Shown here: positions 14,006-28,587 of the stretch, piece after piece
How the letters are laid out: the number at the start of each line of letters is the position of its first letter
Position numbering within the stretch: position 1 is the first letter of the stretch
Source of the DNA: the human T2T-CHM13v2.0 reference genome, Homo sapiens
DNA length: 64,000 nt
Assembly: GCF_009914755.1 (NCBI RefSeq)
Contig: NC_060939.1
Direction: 5' to 3' (one strand)
Program-made: the position numbers and the translations under genes
Notes under the pieces: model-generated
What the model saw: only the letters and a program-made list of their open reading frames with translations
Told to the model about the DNA's origin: nothing
Database searches by the model: none

Positions 14006-15815
14006 ATGCTGTTATTGGTGGTGACGGCCTGATTACTATTCATAAATCGCTAGAGGCTGATTACTGGCTGCCTCTAGTTTCAGCTCTTCCTGTGTCTGAC
14101 TGCTTATTGCTGAATCCAGGGTTGCCCAGTTTTGTAAGGGGTATATCCTAACCTGCAGGTTACCCTCAGACACTTGTTGGAATATTTTTGCGAATAACAT
14201 TCACTTAGGAGTTTTGTTCCCTGGCACACACCAGTGCTTTGTCATGTAGAGGTTCGCTCATTTGTATAGGTGATGTTACTTTGAAAAAGTTGTCTCTAAG
14301 GTCTGCTCAGTGAAAGAACAGGATGTTTTCTCTCTTTACTTCACAGCCATAGCCAGCTTTGAGGTTCAGTGTTTGTATAGCTCTAAGTCTCTGTTAATTA
14401 AGGAAATGGACTAGAAAAGACAGTTTAATGAAAACTCACAGACAGTAGACAATTTGCACACATTCCATTGTTTGACACCATAGTAGAAGCTCACCTCTAG
14501 ATGTAAAGGAGCAGTCTGTAATTCTCTTGACCCTTTTCCTGATTAATAACCTGTAGATATTGTCCATCCATGGTATAAGAGTTGGATAGTTTTGTTTGGA
14601 TTTTCTCTATCTTGTAAATGAGAAACCAGGGAAAGAAAATACAGTGTATTTATTATACTGGGAACAAAGGTCATGGAAACAGTAACTTTTAAAAAGAACC
14701 CTTGGTTACCTAGTTTTTAAAGACCTAGACTTCCTTGTTCTATTTCTAAAAGTCTGTGGAATAAACCCCTCATTTTCTCTGATTTACAAGGAAACTAAAA
14801 TGTGGAAAATTTGATCTTTAAGGGGCATGACTTCTGGTTTATGGGATTGTTTATTTTAAAGTTTAAACATTTCAGTGTCTTATGATACTCTTAGTTAAAA
14901 GGAAGTTCTCTTGAGTATCATATAACTATTAAAATTATAATTTAGATCTGTATTTTCAAGAAAATACTCAGTTTTAAGTGGAAAAATGCATGGGAAAAGG
15001 TCAATTTAAATGCATTTTAAAAAATCAAAGAATATGTGCTTATGTTAATAAGGATTACTTTAGGGTAATGAGATTTCAGGTAATCACTTTTTACTTTTTT
15101 CCTCTGCAGCCTTTCTATATTGTCTGGATTTTGGAGTGACCATGTGTTACTCCATATTCAAAAAAATTTTTTAAGCCATTTTGTTTATGGAGGAAAAAAG
15201 TGCAACTTAAGATTTGAACATGGTAAAGTCAGCCTTTTTCTATCTTCCCCAGGGAAGTTATCCCCAGCAGCTAGGAGAGAAAGAAACAGAAATGAAAACT
15301 CCATCTTTGAAGAAATTGGGAGATATCTGAAACCCCAAACCAGAAAATGAGTAGAATAAGTTCTTCAAAGATTGAACCAGGGTATGAGAGGAAGTAGACT
15401 GAAGGCACTTGGGACTACAGATCTCAGGAAAAGAGAGAGACATTTTCCAACGTAAGGGACACACCCTGGGATTCAAAACCAAATGCTTCATTTGAAATAG
15501 TGGAAATGAGCACACAAGCTGATGGCAGGAGCTTCCCTGCAGTTAGTTTGATTCCAGGATGCAGAAGAGGCTGGATTGAATGAGGACTTAGACAAGTAGT
15601 ACTTGTAGGGAGAGGTCTGACCTTGTAGCAGGAAGGAGAGACTACACTGTGAACAGCTCCACAGCTGCCTTTTGCTTTTGGTTGATGGGGGAGAGAGGCT
15701 CAAGAATACCTTCCCCAACCCTGTGTGCATATATACACACAGGCTTGCAAGTAAAAGAAAGAAGACTTCTACTCTCCTGAATATGGCCCTGGCTCCTCTC
15801 CCAAATGAATCTTCA

Positions 15816-16302
<487 letters not shown>

Positions 16303-16949
16303 TTATTAGATTTTAAATGTAAAGAATCATTCAGGCAGCCAGGCCAAAAGATCAAGTCACTTAGTAAAGGAGAAATTTTGACTCCTCCGTATTATTAACG
16401 ATCATGGGAGGACACTGGAGCAACAGTGAGAAACTCCGTAAGGAAAGTCAGTGTGACTCAAGGATTTTATATTCAATGAAATTGTTTTTTAAATATAAAA
16501 ACAACAAATGCATTTTTCTATGTTAGAAATCAAGAAAGAATATTCTCGTGAACGCTTCTTGGAATCTAGTCGAAGATAAACTTCAGTCCACCAAGAGATA
16601 ACTGGAAAAACTACAGCAAAGTAGATGGCAATGAGTGTTGACCCTCTAACTGTAGGTTAAAACAAATGTGGAGATTGATACAGTAGAACAGAATGTAAAG
16701 GTTATATGACCTGACGGTGTGTGGTCATATAACTAACCACCTGTGGGAGGAGAGGGGAAAGAAGATTGTAGGTAAAGTAAGAGTGCTGTTCCCTCATCGT
16801 TAATAGCTAAGGTTCAAAGGGTACCATGTAAAGCTGACAATGAACTAATAGAGGTATAGGGTCTATTTACAGCTACAAAGCTAAACAGTAAGAGTTAATA
16901 TAACTGACTAAAATAGGTTAGCAAAAGAATGGTGCAGGAGAAGAAAATA

Positions 16950-17097
16950 TTTTATTTATTTAGTTTTACTAATTTTAGAGACAGGGTCTCACTATGTTGC
17001 CTAGGCTGGTCTTGAACTCCTCCTGGGTTCAAGTGAACCTCTCACCTTGGCTTCCCAAAGTGTTGGGATTACAGGCATGAGCCATGAAACCTGGCCC
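16950..17097 (-). mobile_element. FLAM_C-like monomer
   Basis: Antisense left monomer, TSD-like aaatatttt on both sides. Confidence 0.85.
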
Positions 17098-17360
17098 AGA
17101 AATATTTTAATTTCATCATTTTCATGGGGGTTAAATAGATACTATCTAAATAAATAAAGGTTGATAGATATTTATAAATAAGTGACCATTAGACAAAATA
17201 TCAGTTATCTTAAATATCAAAATACATGCACAAAGGAAAGTAGCCTCTACAAGGGGTAACAGAAACAATGGACAGATACCTGACATACCAATAAATATAA
17301 ATGGGAGTTGGGGTTACAACAGTCTTGGTCATCAAGAAGTCGGACCTTATATTCCACTAA

Positions 17361-17757
<397 letters not shown>

Positions 17758-19194
17758 CTGAGTATTAACTTTAAAGTGATTTTCTTTTTCCACTCAGCCA
17801 ACTATAGTGAAGGTACTTAGTGTTTTGTTTAAGGTGATTAGTTTCACTCCTCTGAAAAAATTAAAAATTCAAAACTAATAAATAAATGAATGAAACTAAA
17901 AAAGGAAAGACCAAATTATTATTTATTTTGAATAGTTATGTTGGAGTTTTTGATGGAAGTTCTTTTCTCAAGAGCTATTCTCAAGGACCAGGAAAATATA
18001 TTTTGTTTTTGGAAGTTCTTGGAATATAAACAGACCAACTTTCTGAAGTGTCATAATATGTGGTCCCCTAATATGTGTATTTAATGTTCTCCTTTGTTTC
18101 ACCCTCAGAACCAAAGCTGCCTTCATTCCTTGGTTTCATGGAAATAGTGTGCATATGTAACAGACAATAATAGCACACATGGAGATTCTAGTTTAAATGA
18201 CATCTAGCAGTTGCTAATGCCACCTTTCCAAATTTTCAGCAGATCTGAGGTTGAAACTGACACCACCAAAAAACAGTCCTAGTGGGGCACATATTTAGAA
18301 GTTATGGAACTGGATTGAAAAACATATTTTAAAACAGGAATATCACCCTTGGCAATTTGATAGAAAATGGGAAGACTTAACTGCCTTCCTCATGGTCCAC
18401 TCCTCATTAACCCTGGCAGCCATCCAAATTCCTCTGTTTATGTGGATGCTACTTTTAACAGCAGTCAGGTACTGCATTCCCTGTCTTCTTCCTGCTTCCT
18501 CTTGGTACTACTCTATTCTACATCAATTCAAAGACCCTGGCTGCCAGCATATATCTGAGCAGTGAATGTGATGCTGTCTCAGAGGCTCCCATGATTAAAA
18601 TGGGGGCATAAACAGGAAACACCCCAGTAGTTGACCATGTTAGAGACATTGAAGGACAGAGTACATACGCCAGGAAGCAGAGCCACTTTATTCCTAAAGC
18701 CTAGTGGACTTGAACCTGTATACATCAACCCTTCCCTCCCACCAAACAAAACATTAGTGCTCAGAGAGTAAAGCTGTGAGCACACATACACTTTGGCTAT
18801 GGGCAGATGCAGGATCCAGGTAGAATGTTGACCTGGGGTCATTCTTAAGGAGTTCCTGCCCAAGATGTTAGCTCATCAGGCTGAGAGGACTCCAGCAGTA
18901 AAGGTTGTGGGATCTATACTTTGGTAGAAAAGGAGAAAGGACCAAGAAAAGCCAGCTGAGGCACTGCCTCAGCTGCCCATCTAAAGGAAGTTGCAGCAGG
19001 AGGGACACAGTAGAAGAATCTCTAGAGACATCACAAAAATGCTTTTTTAGAGAAAGAGCTTTAAACATCCATCAGGCCCCAAGAATGAGAAGTCGTCTTC
19101 TAACAGCACTGGTCAGGGACTTCTCTGACCCTTTCCTGTCCTCCCTGCCTCAGAAACAGCAGCTGGCAGATTGGGGAGGAAGTGAGGGAGATAG

Positions 19195-19673
<479 letters not shown>

Positions 19674-20460
19674 TGAGATGCCCTTGTATTCCCTTTTGAT
19701 TACCTCTCACCCCACAAAATATACTATAGATTAGTTTTGCCTGATTTGAACTTTATTTAAATTGATCATTTTTAATTACTGAACTGAGCCTTAATTATAA
19801 TGTGAAATGAGCAGAAAGATATTTCAAAATGTTTCATGATGGTTCTTTATGGCCAGTATTTTTGTATATCCTGTAGAAATATGTCATTCCCTTTATTTTC
19901 AAACCTCATTTGTGAGATTTTAGGGATACGAATGCCTTTTTGGGACTGGTGTGGCTGTGTTCTTCTTATTAATTATTACTGAAGTAAAGAGGAAATGATA
20001 TCAGCAGATGTGCAGAGCTTTTATTTGCACTGAATACACTATTCATTTAGACAAAAAGATCATTTCTCAATTCAAATCAGAATATTCTAATTTAAGGCTG
20101 AAATCAGTTGTGTCATAATCTCTATGGAAACAAAGCTTTCTACTGTGTAGTAGTTGCATAAGTAACTCATTTCCCCTTGTAGATATACAAATTGTAGATG
20201 CAAACACTTCTTTTTCCATTTTCTCCCAACAATACTCTTGAAATAGAAGATACTTTAGTCATATTTGTTACGTTTTACAAAATTTAAAATATCTGTTCAA
20301 ATTTCCTGCTGACATACATTTTAATAAAATTGTTAAAACTTAAAAATTGTTGATGAGCTCACTTTCTTTTGCTAGTTGAATTCAGAAAAAGAAGATTGAG
20401 TTATCCTTCTTAGCTCTTGCGTATTAGTGTCATCTAACTCTGCAAGGCTCTCTCCAATTG

Positions 20461-20462
<2 letters not shown>

Positions 20463-20492
<30 letters not shown>
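20463..20492. repeat. (GT)15 microsatellite
   Basis: Read directly from the sequence. Confidence 0.95.
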
Positions 20493-20495
<3 letters not shown>

Positions 20496-21077
20496 ACTAA
20501 TCTGCAGGCATTCTTCGTATATTGTGGGTATGAGCTCTTTGTCAGTTTTACGTTTTGCAGATACTTTCTCCAACTTCGTGGCTTACTTTTTCATTCCTTT
20601 ACATGGGTCTTTTGATGACCCAAAGTTCTTAATTTTGAAATCTAACTTATCAGTCTTTTCCTTTATGATTAGTGCTTTTCGTATCTGGTTAAGAAATCTT
20701 TGCCTCAATGAAAGCAAAAATAGAAAAATGAAATTGCATCAAACTAAAAAGCTTCTGTACTCGGCAAAGGAAACAATTAGCAGCATGGAGAGACAAGCTG
20801 CAGACTGGGAGAAAAGATTTGCAAATCACACATCAGATAAGGGGCCAATATCCAAAATATATAAGAACCGCAAACTACTAATAACAAGAAAACACGTAAC
20901 TTAAAAAATGGCCAAAGGACCTGAATAGACATTTCTCAGAAGATATACAGATGGCTAACAGATAAATGGAAAAAAATGCTCAACACCTCTAATCATCAGA
21001 GAAATGCAAATTAAACCATAATGAAATATATCACCTCATACCTTTGGATTGGCTGTTATCAAAAAGGTGAAAGATAA

Positions 21078-21375
<298 letters not shown>

Positions 21376-21379
21376 GAAA

Positions 21380-21733
<354 letters not shown>

Positions 21734-22397
21734 TTAGTAGTATTGTAAATATATACAGTCACTTTGGAAAACAGTATGGAGGTTCCTAAAAAAAAAACTA
21801 AAAATAGACTTAGCATGCCATCTAGCAATCCCACTTCTGAGTGTATATCCAAAGGAATTGAAGTCAGTGTGTTGAAGAGATGTCTGTCTGTACTCCTGTG
21901 TTCGTTGCAGTTTTATTCACAACAGCCAAGATGTAGAAACAATCGATGTGCTGATCCACAGACAAATGGATTAAAAAATGCAATATATACATGCAGTGGA
22001 ATACTATTCAGCCTGTCATTTGTGACAACATGGATAAACTTAGAGGACTTTCTGCTAAGTCAAATAAGCCAGGCACAGAGAGACAAATACCCTATGATTT
22101 CACTTATGTGGAATATACAAAAGTTGAACTTAGAAGTAAAGAGTAGAATGATAATTACCAGAGGCTGGAGGGTAGGGGAGTGGTAGATGGGAAAAGAGGA
22201 TACACTGGTCAGAGGGCACAAAGTTTCATTTAGATAGGAGGAATAAGTTCTGGTGGTTCATTGTATAGCAAGGAGATTGCAGTTAATAATAATGTATATT
22301 TCAAAATAGCTAAGAGATAGCATTTTAAATGTTCTCACCATAAAGAAATGATAAATATTTGGGGTGATGGATATGTTAAAGAAAAAAAAGAAAAAGA

Positions 22398-22607
22398 AGC
22401 TGAGTGTGATGGTGTGCGCCTATAGTCCTAGCTACTTGGGAGGCTGAGGCAGGAGGATCACTTGAGCCCAGGAGTTCCAGGCCAGCCTGGGCAATATAGC
22501 AAGACCTCTTCTCAACTCCTGACCTCAGGTGATCTGCCCACCTTGGCCTCCCAAAGTGCTGGGATTACGGCGTGAGCCACCATGCCCAGCCAAGACCTCT
22601 TCTCTAA

Positions 22608-22639
<32 letters not shown>

Positions 22640-22640
22640 A
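22398..22640 (+). mobile_element. FLAM monomer containing an inverted 78-bp Alu 5' fragment (22514-22591)
   Basis: Sense monomer; direct repeat aagacctcttctc at 22501-22513 and 22592-22604 surrounds the antisense Alu head. Confidence 0.85.
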
Positions 22641-22796
22641 ACATTTTTGCCTTAAGTCTCCTCTTTTTGTTTTATTTCTGATTATGTACACCCTTTTCCT
22701 TTCTGTCTTCTCTAGGCACCTGTTCTAGTGTGTTTAATGTATGTAGTTTTGTTTTTCTGTGTTCATTTAAAGTATATATTGTTATGTGCTTATGTA

Positions 22797-23092
22797 TTTT
22801 TTTTTTTTTTTTGAGACGGAGTCTGGGTCTGTCGTCCAGGCAGGAGTGCAGTGGTGCAATCTTGGCTCACTGCAAGCTCTGCCTCCCGGGTTCACGCCAT
22901 TCTCCTGACTCAGCCTCCTGAGTAGTTGGGACTACAGGCGCCCACCATCATACCTGGCTAATGTTTCTATTTTTAGTAGAGACAGGGTTTCACCGTGTTA
23001 GCCAGGATGGTCTCGATCTCCTGACCTTGTGATCCGCCTGCCTTGGCCTCCCAAAATGCTGGGATTACAGGCGTGAACCACCACACCCGGCC
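22797..23092 (-). mobile_element. AluY-like
   Basis: Diagnostic gcaagctc...gggttcacgccattctc and ttagccaggatggtctcgatc; TSD tgcttatgtattttt. Confidence 0.93.
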
Positions 23093-24394
23093 TTGCTTAT
23101 GTATTTTTAATTTATGTAAATGGTATTGTATTGTAGATCTCATTGTCTTTATTTTTTTAATTTGGCATGTTTTTAAGATTCATCATATTATTATCCCCTA
23201 GTTAGATATACTGAGAATGCTCGTAACCCCCTGCCACCACACATAACCCTAGACAGACATCTTTTCATATGTCCCCTTACAGATCTTTGTGAATAGGCCC
23301 AGGCTCATCACTTCTGGGTTGTAGGGTAATGCAAGTGCAGGCATTTTAGGCCAAACCTCAGTAATTGGTTCCTGAACATCAGATGCTATACATGAAAATG
23401 TCAACCAGAAGCAATTTCTTGTTACTTTTAATGGGAAAAAATACGATTCATTACAAGTCAACTCAACCCCAAACCTATTTCCTACAGCATGACTGAAACT
23501 TAGTAAAGTAGTAGTCTAGTCTGGTAGGATGTAAAATGCTTAAAACATCATTTTCTGTTATCAGACATTGCTTATTAGCAAGTGTTTGCTTTGAACGCAC
23601 CAACAAGAACCGTTTGCCTGCTCTCTCGTGACCTGCCATAGGAAGGCCAAGAGCAGCCCCACAGAGGATGGTGCTGGATGTCCTCTGCACCAGCAGCTGT
23701 GGAGATGCACATCCTCTTTGACAGTCTGTGCTTTTCAAAATGTTTATGCACTTATGACTACTACGATGTTCTAACAAGTGTATTTGGATTATAATTTGAG
23801 ACTTTCTGCCCACCATTTTGTTAAAAATGTATTCATTTTGGGGCACATAAATACACATTTTTTTCTTATATAAACACCAGACAACTTCTGGTCAAGATTT
23901 TGCCTTTAAACCCTTAGGAAGATGCACCCCTAGGAAGAGACGGTCTCCCTTACAAGAGGTTTAGGTTTCCTAAACCTTCAGCCTGGGCTGTTGCTGCTAT
24001 TTGCAATGAAGGGGCAGGCGATGATTGTCCAAGGCTGGGGCCTCACCTCCATCCCCATCCTAATGTCCCCCATCCTTGATCTGAAGGCCTTCATCTGCCC
24101 CAGGAGTTCTCACATTCTTTGTTGATGTTGTTAGTTCCTTTACTATATACTTACCTCTCTTTCCAGTAGTTTCTCCTCTGAAACCCCAAGTTCCGTTTTC
24201 TTTTGAACGTAAGCAAATGACTTCCTTGATTTTTCTGAGATGATTATTTGAAATTTAGAATTAGACATAATTAGTAGTAAAATTCCAAAAAGAAACTTTA
24301 AAGAAACCAATTTTTTTTTTTTTAATAAAAAATAGTATAGGCCAGTTGCTAGTTGCTGAGATACTTGTATAGCCCTCTTAAAAGAAGACTCAGA

Positions 24395-24693
24395 GGTTTG
24401 TTTTTTGTTTTTTTGTTTTTTGTTTTGAGGGGACAGGGTCTTGTTCTGTCACCCAGGCTGGAGTGCAGTGGTGCAATAATAGCTCACTGCAGCCTCAAAC
24501 TCCTTGGCTCAATTGATCCTCTCACTTCAGCCTCTCTGGTCTTAGACTACAGGTATGTACCACCGTGCCCAGCTAATTTTTTGTAGAGACAGCATCTCGC
24601 TATGGCTGGTCTTGAACTCCTGGGCTCAAGTGATGCTCCTGCCTCAGCCTCTCAAAGTGTTGAGATTACAAGCATGAGCCACCATGCCCAGCC
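24395..24693 (-). mobile_element. AluJ
   Basis: Antisense dimer with small internal deletions. Confidence 0.9.
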
Positions 24694-25912
24694 AAGAGAT
24701 GGTTTTAACAGTACAGCCTCAGGTTGAGGACAGCATTCAGAAGGTCCGATGGTTTAATACAAGAAGGAGGCTGGGGTTAACAATTTACTCTTTGTTGCAG
24801 ATTTTTTTCAGATAGCTTTCAGTCTCAAAACTCACTTTCTACCCAAAGCTATGACAGAGATAGCATGTTTAGCTTCCCTACCTGGTCAAGGATGCCTTCT
24901 TTGTTCTAGAACCAAAGTAGGGGCTTTATGAATGGTTGTGCATCCACTTCCAGTAGTAATGGCTATACATTATGGAGCACTTAACTGTGTGGCGGGTACT
25001 GCACAGAGTGCTTCATATCTGTTACTCATTTAATCTTCACAATCACTATTTTCCAAGTGAAGCTTAGCAAAGTGAAGAAACTCACAGTTTTTCAGAAAGG
25101 GTCACAGTTCAAACCCCATATCTGTCTAACCTCCAGAATACGGGTTATGGGAACTGTGGGTGATTCTAGATAATTCGATTGTGTGGATTGTCATTCTCAT
25201 TGTAATCTCCTTAAATCTCATTAAAGCTCATTAGCCAACCCAATAAAACCTAGGCTGGCCTTTGCAGTCAGGATGCTAGTAGTGATCAGGTATGCAGGCA
25301 AACAGCTGTAGAACCTCCAGACAAGGCTCTCTGCTGTCTGAATATACAGTGTGTTACAGAAACATGATTGACAAATGTAAATATTCCTGAAATAGATTCA
25401 TCTGAGAGAGAGGCATGCTGCTAATTTGTTAATCAATTGATTTGGTATCCATATCACCCATGCCTGCTGAATTCAGTTTTTCTTTAGAAGGGAGTTAAAT
25501 AAATAGCACTGAGTTCTCAACCTTTGGCTCCCTGCTCCCTGGGGCAGCCTGTAGACCCCCCTTTTCATTCTGACAGATGAATAGGCAAGTGATCAGTTTT
25601 GTCTTTTGGGAGGGTGGAGGGAAGAGGTAGATTCTAGTCTGGCCTCCATGATTTTATACCTCAGATTGCCACATTGGATTTGAGGATCCTCAGATCTCAG
25701 TGACATGTTTGAAGAAGATCTCGGATTGGGTTATCTCTCCTATAGTTGACTATTCTCATTTTTCTATGGGTTAATTCTTACTAGTTTTACTTTCAAAGGT
25801 AATTTTAACATTTCGGGAAAACTTACATTTGTCCCCTGTATTTAATACGTTAATACGATATTTAAGAACTAGATCCTACTTTGTACAGTATTTCAAGGTA
25901 TCATGAAATTAA

Positions 25913-26234
<322 letters not shown>

Positions 26235-26849
26235 AGTGTGTTCTGAAAGAAATAGTGCTTTGGAAAAATACAGTTTAAAAAAATGCCTTGTAATATGTAT
26301 GTGCATTATAGAATTATAATTTCATAGCAAAAGCTTCTTGGAAAATATTTGCTGTAGATATTTAGAATTTATTGGGCATTTACTCATTGTCAGGCATTGT
26401 GGTAACTACTTGAAATAGCTTATTTAATCTGGATATCATTTTTTGCCCAACACTACGGGTTTGGGAAAAAAGGATGTGCATGATTTCACCCCAGTATATA
26501 ACTAGAATTTGCAATCAGTCAGGGTAACATACACAAGGTTCACAGTAAATATTTACTGTTTAAATCGACTGATGGGAAAATCAGGAACAGGTAGGGGGAG
26601 GAAAAAGAGACTATGACAGTGGGGGACAGATAAAGAGTCTGGGAGAAGAACCAGGGAAAGCAGCTGAGAACTTTGCCTCAAGAGTAGACCTTGGTGCCAT
26701 CTTGTGGGTGGATCTGGAAAGGACCAAGCAGATGCACATCAGTTGCTACTAAGATGCCTTGCAGAGCCCCAAATTTCCATGCCACAATGATAGAAAACTG
26801 CAAATCAGATAATCAGAACTCTGGTCTAGGAATCAGTGGATCTTAGTGA

Positions 26850-27550
26850 TGGAATCAGTGTCCTGTCCATCAGCAAGTCCTGATCACTCTCTCCAAAACA
26901 CATCCTAAATCTGTTTATCTCTGTGGCCGGCCCCAGGCCAAGCCACCATCTTCTCTTGTTTGGACTACTGCAGAAGCTTCCTTATTGGCCTTGCCTCTAC
27001 TCTCATCCTCCCGTAGTTCATTCTCCATTGGCAGCCAAAGACATCTTTTTTAGAAAGAAGAATCAGATTATGTCACTTCTTTGTATAAAACCTTTAAGCG
27101 GCTTTTCATGAAATTTAGAATAAAATTCAAATGTCTTGTCCTGCCTTAGAAAACTCTGCATCGTATGACCCCTGCTTAGCTGTAACTTCATCTCATGACC
27201 TTCTTTGTATGGCCCCTGCTTAGCTGTAACCTCATCTCTTGACCTTCTTCCTCTTTGTTTCCTCCAGTGTCCCACCTTATTTCCACTGTAGGTCCTGTGC
27301 ACTAGCTGTTCCTCTGCCTGGTACTCCTTCCTCCACCTCTTGCATGGTTGGCTACTTCCTGTCATTCAGATCTCACCTCCTGCATTGCTGCCTCAGAGGG
27401 GCCTTCCTTGACTCTGATTCAGTTACTCTCCATCACATCTTTCCCTGTTGTTAATCAGAGATATTGTCTGTCTTGCTGTCTATTGAATCCTCAATGCCTA
27501 GGAGACCATTTGGCACATAGTGGATGTTCAGTAAAGATCTGTCAGAAGGA
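26850..27550 (+). mobile_element. L2 3' portion
   Basis: ccaagccaccatc...tcagattatgtcact...ttccctctgcctgg-like segment...ggcacatagtgg, an L2 pattern. Confidence 0.75.
27163..27250. repeat. Tandem duplication, 2 x 44 bp
   Basis: gtatgacccctgcttagctgtaacttcatctcatgaccttcttt / gtatggcccctgcttagctgtaacctcatctcttgaccttcttc. Confidence 0.92.
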
Positions 27551-27629
27551 TAAATGCTGTTTTCCAGTTTCTTGATCTTTTTCCAGCTAGATACAGATTA
27601 CGGCCAGGTTATTTTAGACTTTTCCTAAT

Positions 27630-27800
27630 AGAGCATGAAAAGATCACAGGAATTAAATTCAGACAGAACTGGGTCCCATTCCTGCAACTACTGCTTACCA
27701 ACTATTTGACCATACTTCTCTGAGTGTCAGCTTCTTCATCAATAAAATGGAGTTAATGAGCTTACCTTGCTCATAAGGTAAGAACTAAATTGGACTTAAA
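27630..27800 (+). mobile_element. MIR
   Basis: agacagaactgggtccc...tctctgagtgtcagcttcttcatc..taaaatgg. Confidence 0.7.
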
Positions 27801-28304
27801 TATGATTGGATCCAAAGTATTTACGTGTTAGATACTTTTTTCTATTAAAACTGACTGGACCATGTTGTTATTTGCATTTTCCTCTCCTGCTACCCAAGGG
27901 ACAGGATTAGGTTCTTTGTACTCCTAGTATCTAGCACTGCACTTGTCTTACAGTAATAGGTGGTCCACAAGTGTCTGGATTTAGACTCTTCCACACCTAA
28001 GAACTGCTATCTCCTGACTCTTTCCAGGCTGTGTCCCTTTGATCACATTATTTCTCTTTGTCCAGAGAGAGAAACAGATGGTCACTGGTTGTACATGGAA
28101 AGCCTGAAGGGATAGTATGGTTCAGACCAAAATTGGATTTATGTCTTTACTGCAGTTCCTGGGTTTTGTATACAATTAATGTAAATTGACCCCAGGATAA
28201 CTTTCTGTTTCTAATAAAAGGATGAAGGAAAAAAAGAGATCGATCATATGATTGTTTTGTAGTTCCTAGGACTTAGGCTCTTCGTAAGATTCTTCTTTCT
28301 GTTT

Positions 28305-28587
28305 CTTTTTTTTTTTTTTTTTTTAAGACAGAGTCTCGCCCTGTCACCCAGGCTGGAGTACAGTGGCTCTGTCTCAGCTCAGTGCAATCTCTGCCTCCCA
28401 GGTTCAATCCCTCCTGAGTAGCTGGGATTACAGGCACCCACCACACCTGGCTAATTTTTGTATTTTTAGTAGAGACAGGGTTTTACTATGTTGGCTAGGC
28501 TGGTCTTGAGCTCCTGACCTCAGGTGATCTGCCCGCCTCGGCCTCCCAAAGTGCTGGGATTACAGGCGTGAGGCACCACGCCCAGCC
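28305..28587 (-). mobile_element. AluS with small internal deletion
   Basis: TSD ttctttctgtttctt on both sides. Confidence 0.93.

Noticed and set aside
23475-23858. 127-aa minus-strand ORF
   Set aside because: No recognisable homology, and no poly(A)/TSD to suggest a processed pseudogene.
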